A stretch of DNA of 64,000 nt from Octopus bimaculoides. Taxonomy: Eukaryota. The notes beneath the pieces are model-generated. The model did not search any database. It was not told the DNA's origin and saw nothing but the letters and a program-made list of their open reading frames with translations. The translations under genes and the position numbers were made by a program. Location: the NCBI RefSeq assembly GCF_001194135.2, contig NC_068983.1:66633798-66697797 (forward strand), read 5' to 3'. This document shows positions 13,451 through 25,220 of the stretch, piece by piece (within the stretch, counting starts at the first letter, position 1; every line of letters starts with the position of its first letter).

Positions 13451-14679
13451 TAAAAGCAGCCAGTACACTATGTAAATTGTTTCACATTAGAAGGCTATCC
13501 AGGTGTAGAAATCATGCCAGACAGACATTTAGAGCCAGGTGCAGCTCCCAGGCTTGCCAGCTCCTATCAAACTGTTCAATCCATACCAGCATGAAAAAAG
13601 GGTGTAAAGTAATGAAGGTGAGAATGGTGTGCCTATATCTATATTGTGGTGATTTCTATATCTATATCATGGTGATTTCTACAAGTTAAAATGTTCTTTA
13701 TATTGGGGCAGTAGCTGATCAACTGTTAAAAATGTTGTTGCCTTTATGATTTATTGGGAAATGTCTATCTAAAAGAGACAAGAATTTCTTACCTACATTA
13801 GTCTTAACATTTAGGGAGAAAGGGGGAGGTGAACCAAATTATTTTCCTAGGTCTATTTTTAGGTCTACCTTTACAATTCATATTTTTACTTCAATAGTTG
13901 TAATATATCTGCAAATCACATATATTTTTCCAGCATATCGACAAAAGTAATGCAACTAAGTTGGCCTGCCACATAGCTCCACACCACATACAGTTAAATG
14001 GAGAATCATGGAGAAATCTGAGCTATATATTAATGGATATAAGAAATGCAACTTATGCATAGCAGGAAAATCTCATGTTCTTCTGAAATACAGCAATTCT
14101 AACACACTGCTTAATTCCAGATCTGAAATTTTTTAGCAGGTGTAAACACATGGAAAGGTTTCTTTTATCGAACTGGAGGACATCACCCTCTGCAGACTGA
14201 GTTGCTGTCTTGCAGACTTTGACATATTTTCTATTATTTTGTTCTAACTAAGATTTCTGTAATCGGGGAAGATAGGGATCTTTTTTGTTTTGATTCCAAT
14301 TTTTTTTTTAAGTTCCATTTTTTTGCATCAATCTTCTTCCTTATTTTTTTTTTTTCACATTTTTCCTATTTTCTCAGTGTCCAACATATTTGTTTTTAAA
14401 ATATACATAATGCACTGACAGAGCCTGAAAGATTGCTCGGGGATACATGGTGTATTTTATAAACATGCCTAGTTAAAGTATCATGAAGCTATCAGTAGCT
14501 CTTTCGGTTGTGTATTAAATTGGTATTTATCTCTTGCTGAATGGATTACTTACTTAGTTGATTCTACCTATATTGGATCTTTAGTCTCTCTCCCTCTCCC
14601 TCTCCCCTTCTCTCTCCCTCACTCTTCTTTCTCTCACTCTCTCTATGTATATATTTATACACACAGCTGTGAGAATAAA

Positions 14680-15190
14680 ATAGGCTGGGCAAAGTTCAGG
14701 GCGCTCCCACCTCTGCTGGCAACAAAGGGCTTCTCTCCCAGAGTGAAAGGCAGACTGTATGATGCCTGTGTGCAAACAGCTGTGCTACATGGCAGTGAAA
14801 CATGGGCTATGACAGCTGAGAACATGTATAGGCTTGAAATAAATGAAGCTAGTATATGCTTCACTGGATATCTCATGTCAATGCGCATGCATGACAGACT
14901 GTAAGCATCTTGAGAGAAAAGTTGGGTACAAGGGGTATCAGATGTGGTGTGGAAGAGAGACAACGTCACTGGTATGGTCATGTAGTGTGTATGAACGAGG
15001 ACAGCTGTGTAAAGATGTGCCAATCTCTAAATGTGGTAGAGGTGGACTCAGGAAGACATAGAACAAGGTGGTGAAGCATGACCTTTGAACTTTGGGCCTC
15101 ACAGAGAAGATAACTAGATACTGAGACCTTTAGTGATATGCCGTGCTTGAGAAGACCCATCAAACCCAGTGAAATCACAGACATGGCCAA
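14680..15190 (+). mobile_element. RTE LINE 3' RT fragment
   Basis: GWAKFRALPPLLATKGFSPRVKGRLYDACVQTAVLHGSETWAMTAE..RLE.NEASI, a typical RTE C-terminal region; homologous to 23375-23990 and 53110-53570. Confidence 0.85.
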
Positions 15191-15194
15191 TTCT

Positions 15195-15428
15195 GGTGTC
15201 ATGTAACTGGCATCCATGTTGGGGGAACATAAAAAGCCCCTGTCAAGCGTTAGGCCACACGGAGGCAAGGTGATCGATGCCAGTGGCATAAAAAAAAAGC
15301 ATCTTTCAAGTGTTGCACCTCACAGAGGCAATGACAAATGACAGATCTTTGGCATCATGCCCTGCTTTAGAAGAAGACCAATCAAGCCAAGTGAAGCCGT
15401 AGTCATGGCAGATACTGGTATCATGCAA
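15195..15428 (+). mobile_element. RTE-associated 3' UTR / SINE fragment
   Basis: Motifs gggcctcac-type, gaagaagaccaatcaagccaagtgaa, gtcatggcagatactggt shared with 54270-54430. Confidence 0.6.
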
Positions 15429-15429
15429 A

Positions 15430-15792
15430 TATGGGTGTTGGGGTGAATCAAGAAGAAGACTGGGGAGGAAGAGGAGGGAAAAGGAGCAGAAGAAGATGAA
15501 AATGAAGAAGCTAAATAACATTAGTAAACATTTATAAACATCTATTAATGTTATTTAGCTTTTTCTTCTTCTTTCACCTTTACTTTCTTCTTTGCTACTT
15601 TCTTCTTTACTTTCATGAAAGTAAAGAAGAAGAAGCTAAATAACATTAATAGATGTTTATAAATGTTTACTGATGTTATTTAGCTTCTCCTTCTTCATTT
15701 TCATCTTCTTCTGCTCCTTTCTCCTCCTCCTTCTCCTCCTCCTCCATCACCTTCTAGTTCTTCTTCATCTTGATTCCCCACCACACATAATC
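15430..15792. repeat. ~360-bp nested palindrome (foldback) with zero-spacer centre
   Basis: Perfect 32-bp palindrome ttcttctttactttca|tgaaagtaaagaagaa centred 15615/15616. Outer arms are reverse complements with indels, and each arm contains its own inverted repeat agctaaataacat...atgttatttagct. Confidence 0.9.
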
Positions 15793-17314
15793 TCTACCCT
15801 ATTTACTCATCCTATAACTACATTTGTATTTATTTTTGTTTCCTTCCAATATAAGCCAAAAGACAAAGTCTGGAAGATGCACAATGTGACAGCACACCTT
15901 TGATGCCAGTCTGATGAAGTGCCTCTCTAATGTCTAAAACTGCAAACATTTTCCCTTTGAATTTTTGCGTAACAATTGTAATGAATCATTAAAGATGTGT
16001 TAAAGAATTTTCTTTGTCTTCTTATATGTATATGTACATATGTATATATGTATACATATGTGTATATATACATATTTATAAATATGTATATATACATTCA
16101 TATATATATATATATGAATATATATATATAGACACACACACACATATATATACACACACACATACTCACACACACATACACACACACACACAAGACTCTT
16201 TTCAATTTCTATTTCGATCTACCAAATTGACTCACAATTCTTTGGTTAGCCTGGCACTATAGGTGAAGACATGTACTGACATAAATTCTTTGAGTTTCAC
16301 GTCAATGATGAGCTTACTGACTTTTGGGTCAATTTTGTTTTAGGATCTCTTTGTGAACTGATTTTCATATATAAATACATATATTATGTGTGAATATATC
16401 TATCTAATGATTCACACACACACACACACATATAACAAATGGAGAATGGAGTTGCTGGTATTACAGTTATTCCAATTGTTTCAATAAAGTCTTGGTAACA
16501 AATCAAATAACATGCATGGATAAGAATAATGATATTGTCCAGTCAGTTATTTATGTATTACATAATGATCAACCTGTTGCCATTTAGTCATAACAAAACA
16601 AACAATGAAATACAGTTACAAGCTGAAAGACTTCTCTTATGTAGAAAAAATACAATGAACTAGTGGAAGGTTGTTATTAGATTCCTAGAACGAGGGGTTA
16701 ATATTAGAAGTTTCATGAAGAGCTGGTTGAGTAGACAGTTTAATTGTATTTCTTGATAATAAAATTTCACAGGTTCCCATCACCAATCAACGCATTTGTC
16801 TAGACACATGTCTGCTCAATGCTTGTAGATATTATAAAGCTTGCTAGTTTTGGCAAATTGTACTAAATCATCAAGGGTCAGGGTACAGGAAGGACTTAGA
16901 TGTCATAAGTTTGGTTTTAATATAGAGAGAATGTGTAGGGAAACATGTGAAGTAGAATCATTTATAACCCATATACATCTACACATGCTATGCAGACACC
17001 TATTAACAACTAATGTTCTAAATGCATATACATTTTAGAATAAGCACACACATTTATGTATAGATTCATGCATAAACACATACACATATATTGATCCATG
17101 TATGTGACTGTTAAAAAACTTGGAGCAAACAGTCATACCAGATATCCCATTCTTCATATGTTATATTCAGGATATTCTGCTTATTTGAAACTAATATTTC
17201 AACTGAGAAATTCTCTTTCATACTAATTCAGATAGTCATTGTTTGTTGGAGTGCTGCCCAATGTATACATCTAAATTTTCTGATCCTCTCTCACTTACCG
17301 TATCTATATACATA

Positions 17315-17527
17315 CAAGGGGGTGCTGGAAAGTTCCTGGCTTTAAGATTATCACAAAAGACCTGGTTGGTGGCCCAACCTTCTGTGTTCATTTATAGGTC
17401 TTAGAAAAACTGAAAGACTCCTACAATAAGTATGTGAATCTGAGAAGGGAACATGTTGAATAAAATCATAATTAACTGGTTCTCTAGTATTTTCTTTTAC
17501 CAAAGCTACGAATTTTACAGCACCTCC

Positions 17528-17530
<3 letters not shown>
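17315..17530 (+). mobile_element. 216-bp mariner-derived MITE
   Basis: TA then TIR caagggggtgctggaaagttcctggcttt; right TIR aaagctacgaattttacagcacctccttg. Internal VLEKLKDSYNKYVNLRREHVE* resembles a mariner transposase C-terminus. Confidence 0.8.

Positions 17531-17614
<84 letters not shown>
17531..17614. repeat. (TG)n microsatellite
   Basis: Perfect tgtg run directly after the MITE right TIR. Confidence 0.97.
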
Positions 17615-17616
<2 letters not shown>

Positions 17617-18416
17617 TAATGATTTGGACTTTGGTTTACATCTTTTAGTATGCTGATTAGGATCTTTTTGTGAACTGATTTCCATACATGCATCATAAGT
17701 GTGAGTATATCTCTATATCTATCTAGCTACTCACACACTACAGGCAACAACAACATGCCAAGTGAAACTCAGTATATGTAGTAATGTATCTTATTTACAC
17801 CAGACACCTAACAAGACACAGCCTCCCTTAATGGATGCAACACAACTAAATGTACTATATCCTACCCATAAGTGACAGATGGGTCAAAATGATCATTGTG
17901 CTGAATACAGATTCTTGCTAAATGCATTTTCTGTTTCCCTAACACTCATATATATATATATATATATATATATANNNNNNNNNNNNNNNNNNNNNNNNNN
18001 NNNNNNNNNNNNNNNNNNNNNNNNNNNNNNNNNNNNNNNNNNNNNNNNNNNNNNNNNNNNNNNNNNNNNNNNNNNNNNNNNNNNNNNNNNNNNNNNNNNN
18101 NNNNNNNNNNNNNNNNNNNNNNNNNNNNNNNNNNNNNNNNNNNNNNNNNNNNNNNNNNNNNNNNNNNNNNNNNNNNNNNNNNNNNNNNNNNNNNNNNNNN
18201 NNNNNNNNNNNNNNNNNNNNNNNNNNNNNNNNNNNNNNNNNNNNNNNNNNNNNNNNNNNNNNNNNNNNNNNNNNNNNNNNNNNNNNNNNNNNNNNNNNNN
18301 NNNNNNNNNNNNNNNNNNNNNNNNNNNNNNNNNNNNNNNNNNNNNNNNNNNNNNNNNNNNNNNNNNNNNNNNNNNNNNNNNNNNNNNNNNNNNNNNNNNN
18401 TATATATATATATATA

Positions 18417-18581
18417 TACGATGGGCTTCTTTCAATTTCCGTCTACCAAATCCACTCACAAGGCTTTGGTCGGCCCAAGACTATAGTAGAAGACACTTGC
18501 CCAAGGTGCCACGCAGTGGGACTGAACCCAGAGCCATGTAGTTGGTAAGCAAGCTACTTACCACATAGCCACTCCTACGCC
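18417..18581 (-). mobile_element. SINE 5' part (same family), abuts assembly gap
   Basis: gggcttctttcaatttccgtctaccaaatccactcacaaggc...gccactcctacgcc. Confidence 0.88.
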
Positions 18582-19114
18582 TATATGTGTATAGTTAAAA
18601 TTTTGAGTCCACGGTTAAATAGATCTACTTATTTCTTGTGGTTAAAAATATTTGAGAATACTTTTAACTGTATCTTTTCATATACATTTTGCATGTAGTA
18701 AACTTGTATTTGTTTTCATAAAAGTAAACTAATTCATTGTAATATAAATAATTGAGTGTAGATAATTTTTAAGATCCTCCTGCAAATGCTTTTAATTTCC
18801 ACAAAAAAAAACTATATTTTAATAAAATTTACAAATACACTTTTAAAATCTCTCTCTATACTGCACAAATAATATCCTATAGAAAATTATTTTTCTTGCA
18901 TTTCAGTATCTTCATTTGCAGAATTTTCATATTATGCATAATGCATAATTTATATGTTCTCTTGTTTCTATTTAATGCATCTTAATCAACTTTGTGCTCA
19001 CTTTTGGCTTTATGATCACCTAGGATACACAGTATAATTAAAGCAAAAGAACAGAGCAAAGCCTCTACCATATTTAACCAATACTTATCTCTCACAGCTA
19101 TAATGTTTCCTATG

Positions 19115-19467
19115 CTTCCCAACCACGTGGTTCTCAGTTCATTCCCACTGCATGGTACCATAGGCAAGTGTCTCCTGGTATAGCATTGAGATGACCAAAG
19201 CCTTGTGAGCAGATTCCCTAAATGGGAATTGAAAGAAGCCTATCATATGTGTGTGTCTTTGTGACTTTGTCCTCCCACCACCACTAAACATCTGGTGTTT
19301 GTGTTTTTATATCCTTGTAACCTTGTGGTTCAGCAAAAAAGACCAATGAAATAAGTACCATGCTTTGAAAAAATAAGTACTGATGTCAATTTGTTTGACC
19401 CCAAAATATTTTCAAGGCAGTGCCTAAGCATCGATGCAGTCTAATGGCTGAAACAAATAAAAGATAA
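19115..19467 (+). mobile_element. Diverged SINE copy (same family)
   Basis: ccacgtggttctcagttcattcccactgcatggtaccataggcaagtgtc...gcagtctaatggctgaaacaaataaaag. Confidence 0.75.
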
Positions 19468-19522
<55 letters not shown>

Positions 19523-19550
19523 TGTGTGTGTGTGTTTGCATGTGTGTGTA

Positions 19551-19582
<32 letters not shown>
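19468..19582. repeat. (TG)n microsatellite, imperfect
   Basis: tgtg run with point variants, directly after a SINE tail. Confidence 0.95.
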
Positions 19583-19583
<1 letters not shown>

Positions 19584-20319
19584 CTATTTTCCACTACAAT
19601 ACAGTGTACTGCTATTAAGTATTTTGTTTCTTTTCTTGCCTTTAAGGGATTTGCCTTTCCTGTAATTTTGAGTTTTCTCATTCTTTGCTTTCATCTGCTT
19701 ATAAACTAAGAGCTTATTTCACATATAATAAGAAAATTAGAAAAGTGAAGTCATGAAGTAATGAACTTCAGTATACTAAAATATACTATGATGTAGTATC
19801 AACTTATCACAGAGTTCTGTTGTCAGTAATTTGATTGATGAAACTTTCCATATACATGCACATAAAAACAGAATGCTTTTCTTAACCAGAAAGGAATGTC
19901 TTTTTAATACATTTTCATATCACTATATCCAGTTCTGGAAACCTTCATATAGATTGTATATGTATAATTCTTCTTCTTGAATATTTACCATTTTTTAGAA
20001 TTAACTTAATGCATTTTCCTCAGCATATGAGGTGGTATCAAAAAGTTCCCAGATAGTTCTGTAGCATGCCAACAGATGGCAGCACACAGATGTGTGCACA
20101 GTGAGAGCTAGCAGTGACCTTCATGAGGCAGTGTGCTGAGTAACATTACTGTGTTTACTTAGCAAGTTGTGGAATTTGCGTTTTTGTGATCACACTGGCT
20201 CCTGTGCCGGTGGCATGTAAAAAGCACCAACCGGTCGTGACCAGTGCCAGGCCTGCTTTTACTTCTATGGGAAACAAGAAGTAATGTGATGTTGCATGAT
20301 CACAAAACATGAAACATGG

Positions 20320-20600
20320 GCACTGAATGCAGAAGATGTATGAAGGCTTGAAATGAATAAAATAACCAGGTGTGGTATAATGGAACACAAATGATCTGAG
20401 AAAAAGACTGGGAAAAAGGAGAATCAGATGTAGCATATAAAACTCAAGACTGCATTGATGTAGACACATGGTACATAGGTGGGGTGTGACATTTGAGTAA
20501 AAAAAGTTCCAGATGATCCACGTGGATGGATCATGTGGAAAACAAAAAGTGAAGACAACATAGGAAGGGTTGGTCTAAGCTGGAATCTCTTGAATATGAT
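20320..20600 (+). mobile_element. Highly degenerate RTE 3' fragment
   Basis: gcagaagatgtatgaaggcttgaaatgaat...gagaaaaagactgggaaaaaggagaatcagatgtagc parallels the RTE fragments at 14800-14960 and 23630-23770. Confidence 0.5.
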
Positions 20601-20679
20601 AATAAAGGACCGCAACAAATAGTGAGATGTGATAAAGAAGCCCTATCCAATTTATTCAAGCATGGATAAGCTGATGTGA

Positions 20680-21500
20680 ATTCATCATTGACAACAGCAG
20701 CAGCATGACTACTCCTTGATGCTCTGTCGGAGAAGAGATGGAGAGAGGCACTGTCAATAAGTGACAGGATGCACTGTTGGTGAAAACCAATCGAGTCTTT
20801 GATATCACTCCAATTTTGCCTAGGTCACTCACAAGCCCGTTTCTTATCTGCTTAGCCCAGAGGATACAAGCTCAGAGATTCTGGGCCCTAGTAACATGGT
20901 TAAAATGTTGCAGAGCAACATATTTGTCTTGAAAAACTTGTAGTTTAGTTGTCTCACTTGAAAGAGAGTGTCAGTAGTTCTAAGACCTGGTGCAAATCTG
21001 AACTGCATCATCTCTAAACTGTTTTTTCCTAATCAATAGTGTTGTGACTAATTTTGTTGCTTTCAAACTTTGACCTGTCAGTTTGTTACTTTTATCTTTT
21101 CTTTGTGAATCATCTTTTTCCATGAAGCAGGTGAGGATCATACTGCTATGCTAGTCATTGGATATGGCACTTCTCTGTATTATCTGGTTTGCTGTTTGTA
21201 TATTTAGCTTGGGTCCTACTTGGTCAGGTATTTTCAACATCTGAGTGACTATTTCTGATGGACTTACTGCTTTCCCTGTTTTCATATCCTAAATAGCTGG
21301 CTTTTTCCTCTTTTGGATACTCTTGGTGTAGTTCCTCTTCTTTCCATGCATTTTCTACATCCAGCAATTTGTAATATTTCCAAATGTCTTTCTTCTCAGT
21401 GTTAGTGAGGGAAGAGTGCAACTCTCATTTTGAATACACTTTTCCTCAACCATTCTTGATTTATCATGACACCTGGCTTCCCAATCGAGAATACCTCATG
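20680..21500 (-). mobile_element. Very degenerate LINE RT fragment (family uncertain)
   Basis: Only scattered RT-like peptide remnants on the minus strand (KPDN..EV; a GVRQG/SP-like region); many stops. Confidence 0.3.
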
Positions 21501-23374
21501 TCTTTTATTATAGAATATTGGCAAATGTCCTGCTTTCTGCTTCTTTTTATGCTATGTTAGCTTGCAATTTATATATTTATTTATTGATTTGAAAACCTCA
21601 CAGGTGCATTTATACACTGATTTATCATGGAAAAGTTTCCAATGATTGCTGTATTGTAAAATGAATAACTCTTGCAGCTATTACCTAAGCACTTGACGCC
21701 ACTTTTATTAAATGCATATATCACCAGAAATTAGGAATCTGTTGAATCATTTAGTATATGTAAAATATATCTCACAGGTATGGGATATAGATATAGAATA
21801 AATATGTATGTGTATATATGTATGTCAATATAAAGAAAAAGAAAACAGAAGTATAACCAGAAGTAATTAAATTAGTGAATAACTTTACTACCAACTGTTT
21901 CTTCTGATAAACAATCACAGGTTACTTTTTCCTATTTTCTTATTCGAAATAACTCATTAAAAATCAATAGATGATTACTTTTCTCTTTTCTTATGGTATA
22001 AATCTTAGAATTCTCTAATATTCTGCTTTAAGCATAATGAATGCAGATATCACTAGTTTGAACTCTAATGAATTCTCTATCATTAGGTGCATTTTTCTCT
22101 TTTCTGAGTATCAGACCATAGAAAAAACTTTCATTTATTATGAATATAAATTAATTATTTTGCTCTAATCTTCAATTGAAATGGTTTTAATATGCAAAGT
22201 ATTACATTTTACATTGTTCCTAATTTACTTTTTTTACAAACTTCTTTAGCTGCTAAATCTTTAGTTATTCTCTTCAAGGGACACTTTTCCACGCACATGT
22301 AATAAACAGGTGAAATAGTTTTTTTTTCAATAACTCTACGGTAAAGGCTATATATATAAACAGACATTCTGCATCTTGATAATAAGCCAGCAGAATGCTA
22401 ACAGAATGCCATTTCTAGAATATTTTGTCAAGCACAACAGCCTTAACAGTAATGATTTTCAACCACATCTCAGATATTAAATCAAAATTAATATTTTATG
22501 CATGTACTGCTGCATATACAAAAGTATAAATCAATAGTTCATGGTTCCATGAAGAAATTGATTCAAATACAGTTTATGAAAAGCTTAAATTTATAAGTAG
22601 ACATTGATTTTATATTTTTACTGCTCATTGCATACGACATGTAACTAACTAATTAACTTTTGATAACCTCAAAAGTCTAGCAAGTAATATCTATGACAGA
22701 TATCTGTGTAAGATTCCCATGGAAATTAAGTTTCATGTGCTCTTCTATAGCCCTGTAACTGTGTAATATCTTTCAAGGATATTAAAAATTTCTCTACTTG
22801 AAGATAGCTTTCATTTTCCATCTTCCAGCAAGAAAATTATTTTTTGTTGAAAGTTTTGTTAAATTTATTTATTAATTAAGAAGCTCTACTGAAAAATAGA
22901 TATTTCTTCCTTTCTTAGAACGGAAGCACACTTTAATGTTTCATTTTTGCTGATCCATTTCTCTTTCCCTTTGTCTGAGATATCCATTAGTTTAGTTTAA
23001 CTATATATTTCACTAAATAACTTCTAATTTAATTTCTTATGTTTATATCAAAATATTTAGGCTTGTGAAAATATTATTGAAAATATTATTGAGACAAGAC
23101 TATCAAAGAGTTGATGACTGTAATCTCCAATCAACTTAAGTTTTTTCAAGCCTGCTTGTTAGAAACCACAATAGTCAACATCCTATTAAAATCATATGAC
23201 TTGATCAACTGAGATATCAAACTAAAAATAATTTGCATTAGCATAAAGTATATTGATATTACATAACAGTTTACAATAGTTTGGCATAACTGGAATCACA
23301 AGTAGATTAACAGATAAAGTCACCTTTATGTGCATGGCAAATGTGCAAGAATAATAAGCACTAAGAGTTCACAA

Positions 23375-24826
23375 GACTTAGACTCTCCCAAATGCCCAGG
23401 AGGCTCTCTTGAGGTAGTAGATAGTTTCTGTTACCTAGGTAACCAAATTAGCAACTGTGAGAGATGCTCTGAAAGTATTGTTTCTGGAATAAGAATAGGA
23501 TGGAGAAAGTTCAGAGAGCTGTTATCTCTGTCAGTAACAAAAGGACTCTCTCTCAGAGTGAAAAGTAGATTGCATGATGCTTGTGTGTGAACAGTTATAC
23601 TCCATGGTAGTGAGACATGGGATATGAATGCAGGAGACATGCATAGATCAGAGATGAATGAAGGCAGTATGGACTGCTGGATATGTAACATATGTCCATG
23701 TACAATAAAGTGCAAATGTGTTGAGAGAAAAACTGGGAATAAGAGGAATCAAATGTAGCATGCAAAAGAGAAGATTATATTGGTTAGGACATGTGATGCG
23801 TATGAATGGAGACAGTTGTATAAATTAGTGCTGATCACTGAAAGTAGATGCTACCTGTGGAAGAGGGAGACCCAGGAAGACATGGGATGAAGTGGTGAGG
23901 ATCAATCTCAGGATGTTGGGGCTCACAGGGAAAATGACAAGGAACTGAGATGCCTGATGAAATGAGGTTCTTGAAAAGACCCACCCATATCAGTGAAACT
24001 GAGTTCTAGAAGTGTTGTGTTCCACCCATATGTAACAATAAAACTTTTCATACATCCTACCTCAACAAACCAAACTAAATTTCTTCTCTCAAACTCCGTT
24101 TTCTTTTCCTCACTTTTCCACTTTCATGCACTATGATTATCTCTTACTCCCTAATCTTGTCCTCATTGCCCCGCTCACTGTATCATTGCTATCCTGTAGT
24201 ATCTCCACCCTCTCTATATACCCAAGTTCTCACCAGTCACCGCATTCCTCATTTCCTCCCTATTCCCACTTCTTTGGCAATTTTTTGCCACTTATATTAT
24301 GACTGATGTACCTTGAGGGTATACCCTGGCACTTGCTACTATTTATCTCTCTCTTCCTTTTCTCTACTATCCCATCTATATTCTGATCCCTGTTCTTTGT
24401 GTGTATGCCCTGGTGCTTCACCACCATCTCTTTTCTGCTCTCTCTTGCACTCTTGCTGTCTTACACATACTCTCTCTCTCACTCTCTTGTTCTTCCCTCT
24501 CGCTCTCTCTCTCTCTCGTGCTCTTCACTCTTTCTCTTGCTCTTCCCTCTGGCTGGCTAACCATGTATCTCCTTTACAGCAGCTCACCTGTTTCTGTCTT
24601 GCTGTTCCTGTCACACTCTGACCTTTCATCATTTGGCACATGATCACCTCCTCCAATGTCTCCCCACCTCTCGAAGGTTCTTTGTTTTGCAAGTTACTTG
24701 TGACCCTTTGAGTGCTGGTACCATGTAAAAAGCATCCAGTCCATACTGTAAAGTGGTTGACATTTAGAAGGACATCCAGCTGTAAAAAACCATCCCAAAA
24801 TTGACTTTGCCTGTGCTGGTACCATG
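23375..24826 (+). mobile_element. RTE LINE 3' end with long pyrimidine-rich 3' UTR and terminal tail
   Basis: LEVVDSFCYLGNQIS...RIGWRKFRELLSLSVTKGLSLRVKSRLHDACV...HGSETW...GRGRPRKTWDEVV, then a CT-rich UTR and tail motifs catgtaaaaagcatcc...gacatccagctgtaaaaaaccat. Confidence 0.8.
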
Positions 24827-24828
24827 TA

Positions 24829-25220
24829 TTGGGTTGGCAATTAAGTTCTTGCGGTTTTTTTTTTATTTAATTTTTTTAAAAGGTTTAATAAAAAAATAAC
24901 AGCTAATTAATCAATAATGTATTCACCCTTGTTGTTTACAACTTCTTCCTAACGTTCAACAAGATTTTCAATACCACATTGGTAGAAATCACCCAATTTC
25001 GACTCGGAAATTGATCCAACCAAGCTCTCAATTCTGCATCAGTATTGAAACTCCACGCATAGCATTTGAAAGAAATCGAAAGAGGTGGAAATCTGTTGGT
25101 GCCAAATCAGGAATGAGTATTCTAAGATGGGGTCACCAATTTGTAAACGACTGTGCAAAGTGAGGTGACGAGAATGGCTCTTTTGCACATCACATGGTCG
25201 ATACAATAAACATGAAAAGA
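24829..25220 (-). mobile_element. mariner transposon 3' fragment with one TIR
   Basis: TA + ttgggttggcaattaagttcttgcgg TIR. Minus strand reads PDLAPTDFHLFRFLSNAMRG...FYQCGIENLVER*EEVVNNKGEYIID*, the classic mariner C-terminus. Confidence 0.85.
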
